Shown here: one piece after another, positions 46,584-50,376 of the stretch
How positions within the stretch are numbered: the first letter of the stretch is position 1
How the letters are laid out: each line of letters starts with the position of its first letter
Origin: a virus
Taxonomy: Duplodnaviria > Caudoviricetes
Virus record (IMG/VR): IMGVR_UViG_3300011398_000007
Span: 1 to 50,376 of that record
Reading direction: 5' to 3' (one strand)
DNA length: 50,376 nucleotides
Position numbers and translations under genes: made by a program
Notes under the pieces: model-generated
Database searches by the model: none
Told to the model about the DNA's origin: nothing
What the model saw: the letters and a program-made list of their open reading frames with translations, nothing else

Positions 46584-47872
46584 TACATTACATTGTTTAA
46601 TATGACTAAATCTGATGCCCGTGTAACACCCGTATATAGCAACCTCTGTTTCTCATTAGCGTCTCTGCAATACCTCAAGACATTACCTATATTTATGATT
46701 GCTTCCTTATAGGTAGACCCTTGACTCTTATGAATAGTAAGTGCATGGTTGTACTTAATATCAGCGAATATCTTATCCCTAAAATAATCCCTAGCATTCC
46801 AGCTCCATCCATTATTCTTACAATGACCATTAAGCTGGGCTACTATTAGCTTAAAGATAGCCTCTGATTGCTCATGTACTACAGATATGCTCTCATTTAT
46901 CCTATAATACTTCATCTTTATCTTATCCATCTCTGTAATAGGATTGTCATCTTTATCATATCTGGTATCTTCCTTTGGCACTGAAATGAAATCAGTAATT
47001 ATGTCCACATGCCTTACCTTTACTTCCTCATTAGTATAGAAGCTACCATATGGCATATTAAATGTAATAGTTTCCTCTAACTCTATCTTCTTAGGATTAC
47101 CATATCTCTTTACCCTCACTAGCTTATTCATTAGCTCTACCTCATCATTAGTATATGCCAGATATTTAAGGTCATCTGTACCATTTACCTCTGCTAGCCT
47201 ATCTATCATAATATGCTTGGCATTACTATATAGATACCCTCTATTGTTTATTACATTAGGTTGCTTAAAGTATATCAAATCTAAGTCTCTTGATAGCTCA
47301 ATAATTGGGTTAGGATTCTTCTGTCTAACTATCTCTGTAAGTTCCACTGTAGGGTAGCCCCTTGTAAAGACCGGAGATTCTGCCTCACCTACAGGATTGA
47401 TCTGTTTGTTATCACCTACAAAGATAATTGGAAATCTATACTCATCCAAATATGTTAATAACTCACTATTAAGCATTGATGCCTCATCCACTATGGCTGC
47501 CTTACAAGTCTTAAACTCTTCTGCACTCTTACTCTTCCTATTAATTCTAATGAATTTTCTGATACCAGTCTTAGGGTCAGCAGGGCCTGGCCTTCTATGT
47601 AATGCAGAGTCTACAGTTTTAAACTCTACTTCATAGTCTATTTTACCCTTTAATACAGCTAATGCCTTATTTGTGGGAGCTAAAGCATAAATCTTCTTAT
47701 TATTGTAGTGACCATTAACTCTCCTATCTCTAGCTAGGAGCTTAACTAACTCTCCCATCATATAGGTCTTTCCCACTCCAGCAGACCCTATTAGAAGTAT
47801 CCTATTTTCTCCTACATATAGATGTGACAGTATTTCTTCTTGCTTTTCTTGTTGATGAAGTGTAAGTGCCAT
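46583..47872 (-). CDS. Dda/RecD-like SF1B DNA helicase
   Basis: GSAGVGKT, APTNKA, DEASM, GD.KQ..PV, TIHKSQGST and LYTGVTRA motifs. Confidence 0.9.
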   Translation of the reverse strand: MALTLHQQEKQEEILSHLYVGENRILLIGSAGVGKTYMMGELVKLLARDRRVNGHYNNKKIYALAPTNKALAVLKGKIDYEVEFKTVDSALHRRPGPADPKTGIRKFIRINRKSKSAEEFKTCKAAIVDEASMLNSELLTYLDEYRFPIIFVGDNKQINPVGEAESPVFTRGYPTVELTEIVRQKNPNPIIELSRDLDLIYFKQPNVINNRGYLYSNAKHIMIDRLAEVNGTDDLKYLAYTNDEVELMNKLVRVKRYGNPKKIELEETITFNMPYGSFYTNEEVKVRHVDIITDFISVPKEDTRYDKDDNPITEMDKIKMKYYRINESISVVHEQSEAIFKLIVAQLNGHCKNNGWSWNARDYFRDKIFADIKYNHALTIHKSQGSTYKEAIINIGNVLRYCRDANEKQRLLYTGVTRASDLVILNNVM

Positions 47873-47876
47873 AGTA

Positions 47877-48098
47877 TTAAATTTTGTTTATATTACCAGA
47901 TATTTTTTCTCTTATTGCAGATAATAGATTATCTATAGCTCCATTGTAACTAACAGGTATATCATTATGCCCAATGCAGCTCCGTATAATATCTATATCA
48001 TTTCTTAAGTCTAGTATCTCCTCTTCTCCTTCTATTATTATAGTGATGGTGATACTCTTCACTATATCTATCTTATTGAGTGTTACTGTAAGTGACAT
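47877..48098 (-). CDS. Hypothetical protein
   Basis: 73-aa ORF. Confidence 0.5.
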   Translation of the reverse strand: MSLTVTLNKIDIVKSITITIIIEGEEEILDLRNDIDIIRSCIGHNDIPVSYNGAIDNLLSAIREKISGNINKI

Positions 48099-48133
48099 AT
48101 TATCTTATTAATTGATGAAGTTATAGTAATTAT

Positions 48134-48170
48134 AAAAAAAAAGTAGGCTAACTTGTAAGGTTAACCTACT
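48134..48170 (-). terminator. Intrinsic terminator
   Basis: agtaggctaac/gttaacctact stem followed by U9 on the minus strand. Confidence 0.7.
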
Positions 48171-48194
48171 ATATGCAAACACAAACAAGGACAA

Positions 48195-48398
48195 CTATCT
48201 CTTCCTTATAACGTCAGAGCTACGTTTAAATACCTTCTTTGCTGTGTAATGAAAGTATCCTTTGCTAACCCATAAATCAGCTAGCATCCTAACTGTCCTT
48301 ATAACCTTGCCAGCTTCCTGTAATGTTTCTCCATTCTCATTAACTACCTTCTTGGAGATTATGGTTATTCTTTTACCCGGATTAATAAACTTATTCAT
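48195..48398 (-). CDS. Hypothetical basic protein
   Basis: 67-aa ORF. Confidence 0.55.
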   Translation of the reverse strand: MNKFINPGKRITIISKKVVNENGETLQEAGKVIRTVRMLADLWVSKGYFHYTAKKVFKRSSDVIRKR

Positions 48399-48621
48399 TT
48401 CTTATAGTTTTAAGTATTGTTACAGCCTTTGGTGTAGGATCACCATTGTCTTTTATAAATCCATGTTCACGCATCCAATGTAAGTATCTCGCTATTGCAA
48501 CCCATGAACCAAAGTACTTCAATAGAGATGCAGCGTTTTTATTGGAGTTACAACACTTCAGAACTCTTATGAAATGCCTGTGATAATACTTACCATTAGT
48601 CTTTAATCTTCTTGTCTTCAT
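48391..48621 (-). CDS. Hypothetical basic protein (winged-helix-like tail)
   Basis: 76-aa ORF containing IARYLHWMREHGFI...TPKA. Confidence 0.55.
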   Translation of the reverse strand: MKTRRLKTNGKYYHRHFIRVLKCCNSNKNAASLLKYFGSWVAIARYLHWMREHGFIKDNGDPTPKAVTILKTIRNE

Positions 48622-48639
48622 AACTTGTAGTTTAGGTTG

Positions 48640-49095
48640 TTTCTTACACTGAAAGTGTAAGGTAAAAGAAATCTTATTCAGGTATCTAGCTTCTGTACCA
48701 TCGTAGAAACGAAAGAGATAGTTTATTCAAACCTCAAAAATGAACAACAACTCTCTGGAAATGTCAAAGAGCTTTGTACTACCTATCTTAAATAAAATCT
48801 CTTTCATTTACCTACAATATTGTCTATGGCTTCAAAACTAAGGTACTATGGCTGAAGCTTGTGCATCATCATTAGCCCCCTATCCTTCTTTTTGAAGCTC
48901 TATATACTCTCTATCTAATCATAAAGACTACCTTGCCTACTCTCATGGTAAACCATGATTTCAGCAAGATAGTTTACCTATGCTTGAAAATGTCAAAAAA
49001 CTTGCATAGGAAAGTTTTAACAGAACCTCCTATAAAGTACAAGGTTTACCTGATACTGCTCCCTTCACTTTTATCTAAGATGGGCCTTAGATTAG
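48640..49095 (-). ncRNA. Candidate large structured non-coding RNA (about 460 nt)
   Basis: No minus-strand ORF in the track. At least 8 stems, with G.U pairs favouring the minus strand and a repeated loop ACAUUU. Confidence 0.5.
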
Positions 49096-49146
49096 CAAAT
49101 GGTAATGTCAGGGCTGGCTTCTTCTTTGGTAGGTAGTGGATGGAAT

Positions 49147-49317
49147 CTAGGTCTTATTCGTATTCTGCAAATTGAAGTGCAGCAACGAAGTATCTTTACG
49201 CTGTCTCTGTAGCTTTTCTCTTTTCTCTTTATCTGCCCTCTTGATTAACCTCTTGGTATCATTAGCTGGTAGTATTCCAAATAACCTGTATAGTATATAT
49301 GTAATCTTTTCTTTCAC
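49147..49317 (-). CDS. 56-aa basic hypothetical protein (GTG start; not in the ORF track)
   Basis: Hand translation gives MKEKITYILYRLFGILPANDTKRLIKRADKEKREKLQRQRKDTSLLHFNLQNTNKT*. It is preceded by an AAAACACA leader like other genes here. Confidence 0.45.
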   Translation of the reverse strand: MKEKITYILYRLFGILPANDTKRLIKRADKEKREKLQRQRKDTSLLHFNLQNTNKT

Positions 49318-49337
49318 GATTATGTGTTTTGGTAATT

Positions 49338-49409
49338 AAAAAATAAACTATATGCCATACCCTACATAAGTATGTGGCATATTTGTGATTGAACACAGGC
49401 ATATAGTTT
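49338..49409 (-). terminator. Terminator-like hairpin with an alternative pairing
   Basis: aaactatatgcc (49345-49356) pairs with ggcatatagttt (49398-49409) or tggcatat (49375-49382). A U tract follows on the minus strand. Confidence 0.5.
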
Positions 49410-49453
49410 GTGGTTTTCTAGGGGACTAAGTCTGCTATGCTGTATGGGCATAG

Positions 49454-49732
49454 CTAGTTACAATATTTGGGTTCAGGAGTAGTTATTATAAGTAACTCCT
49501 TAAGTTCTGATTTAAGCATTAAGTGACCTGCACAGTCTTCATTACATTTAACTATGCATCTACGTCTATCATGGTTCTCCTTATAGGTACATGGGCTACC
49601 TTTAACTACATTGAATAGTAATACTCCATAGAGCATTCTTTTTTGACTATATTTTTTCATGATATAGGAGCTATCATCGAACTCTACTATCACCCTATTA
49701 AACATGTTCTCATGTGAGTATTCATTTTCCAT
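49454..49732 (-). CDS. Hypothetical protein
   Basis: 92-aa ORF. Confidence 0.55.
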   Translation of the reverse strand: MENEYSHENMFNRVIVEFDDSSYIMKKYSQKRMLYGVLLFNVVKGSPCTYKENHDRRRCIVKCNEDCAGHLMLKSELKELLIITTPEPKYCN

Positions 49733-49846
49733 GTTATAAGATTTAGATTATTGTAAAGGTAATCAAATTTTAAAAAAATAGCTGATACCCATATAGATAT
49801 ATGTGGTAGTAGGCTACCCTACAATCTAACCAATCAAGTATCTTAA

Positions 49847-49874
49847 CAAAGAAAACTAATGCCGAAGGCATTAG
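49847..49874 (-). terminator. Intrinsic terminator
   Basis: CUAAUGCC-UUC-GGCAUUAG-UUUUCUUU immediately after a stop codon. Confidence 0.7.
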
Positions 49875-50104
49875 CCTATCTTAGGCTTATCCTTATCATC
49901 ATCTATAGGCTCTACCCTATAGTACATATTCTGCATCTGTAATAACTCAAGTAATGGTCTAGTATATAGATGATGTGGATGCCACTCTATTTCATCAAAG
50001 CCCACCTTCTGAATGAAGATGAGCTTATATGTTTTAGTACTAGTGTATATGTAGGATGATAGCAGCATAACCAGTGCTAGTGGTGTACACTTTTCCATAC
50101 TCAT
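49871..50104 (-). CDS. Hypothetical protein
   Basis: 77-aa ORF with an ATGA overlap. Confidence 0.5.
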   Translation of the reverse strand: MSMEKCTPLALVMLLSSYIYTSTKTYKLIFIQKVGFDEIEWHPHHLYTRPLLELLQMQNMYYRVEPIDDDKDKPKIG

Positions 50105-50352
50105 ATGCCAGGTTGTGTTGGTGATGGATATTGTACCCTAGGCTGTAAGTTACCATTAGAGTACACGAATTGCTGCATGTATCTTGGTAGTGGAACAAAG
50201 TTGCCATCAAACCATTCTTTTGGCCCATAATATACCTCATCATTATGGGTATAAGCTAACAATGCAGCAGACTTAGCTTGAAGCTGCTTACTTGACATTA
50301 ACCTTTCCTTCACCTGTTCAGCAGTCCTAACAATATTCATCCTTGCATTCAT
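50101..50352 (-). CDS. Hypothetical protein
   Basis: 83-aa ORF. Confidence 0.55.
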   Translation of the reverse strand: MNARMNIVRTAEQVKERLMSSKQLQAKSAALLAYTHNDEVYYGPKEWFDGNFVPLPRYMQQFVYSNGNLQPRVQYPSPTQPGI

Positions 50353-50376
50353 AGAACCCTTAACATAGAAGTTATC

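Noticed and set aside
48933-49136. 67-aa plus-strand ORF
   Set aside because: It has a non-ATG start, runs opposite to all neighbours and overlaps the stem-rich region, so it is probably spurious.
49856-49874. CTAATGCC-GAA-GGCATTAG as an N4-like hairpin promoter for the vRNAP
   Set aside because: It follows a stop codon and has a U tract on the minus strand, so a terminator explains it. The crAss-like vRNAP is also unrelated to N4 vRNAP.
1-50376. Stop-codon reassignment (TAG or TGA), as seen in some crAss-like lineages
   Set aside because: Giant ORFs are intact under the standard code, and TAG ends genes at sensible positions (nrdJ, dut, 19620).
1-50376. tRNA genes, CRISPR arrays, inteins, DGR or reverse transcriptase
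   Set aside because: I saw no cloverleaf or T-loop signatures, no regularly spaced repeats, no intein-like insertions in the enzymes and no RT motifs by eye. tRNAscan-SE and Infernal were not run.

Overview
This window is about half of a crAss-like (Crassvirales-type) dsDNA phage genome. The host is probably Bacteroidota, inferred from A-rich leaders lacking Shine-Dalgarno sites and one TAnnTTTG promoter element. The genome uses the standard genetic code. The + strand (1-20.1 kb) carries two giant virion cargo genes, a 4883-aa protein with a double-psi beta-barrel RNA polymerase catalytic motif (DFDID) and a C-terminal zincin HEIVH motif, and a 1637-aa membrane-segment protein, followed by a GIY-YIG nuclease. 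The - strand (20.2-50.4 kb) is the replication and nucleotide-metabolism module: Dda-like helicase, family A DNA polymerase, SF2 helicase, DnaB-like helicase, AAA ATPase, SSB-like protein, primase, uracil-DNA glycosylase, PD-(D/E)xK nuclease, class II ribonucleotide reductase, and a dUTPase split by a group I intron encoding an HNH nuclease. The most notable finding is an apparently complete phage-encoded ubiquitin-like conjugation cassette (Ubl with a Lys/Ala-rich tail, E2-like, JAB peptidase, E1/ThiF) at 30.7-34.4 kb. There are also two candidate structured RNAs (about 460 nt at 48.6-49.1 kb and 142 nt at 36.65-36.79 kb), a relic nrdJ 3' end downstream of a free-standing HNH gene, and a small gene flanked by direct repeats. 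All calls come from reading motifs by eye; no database searches were run.
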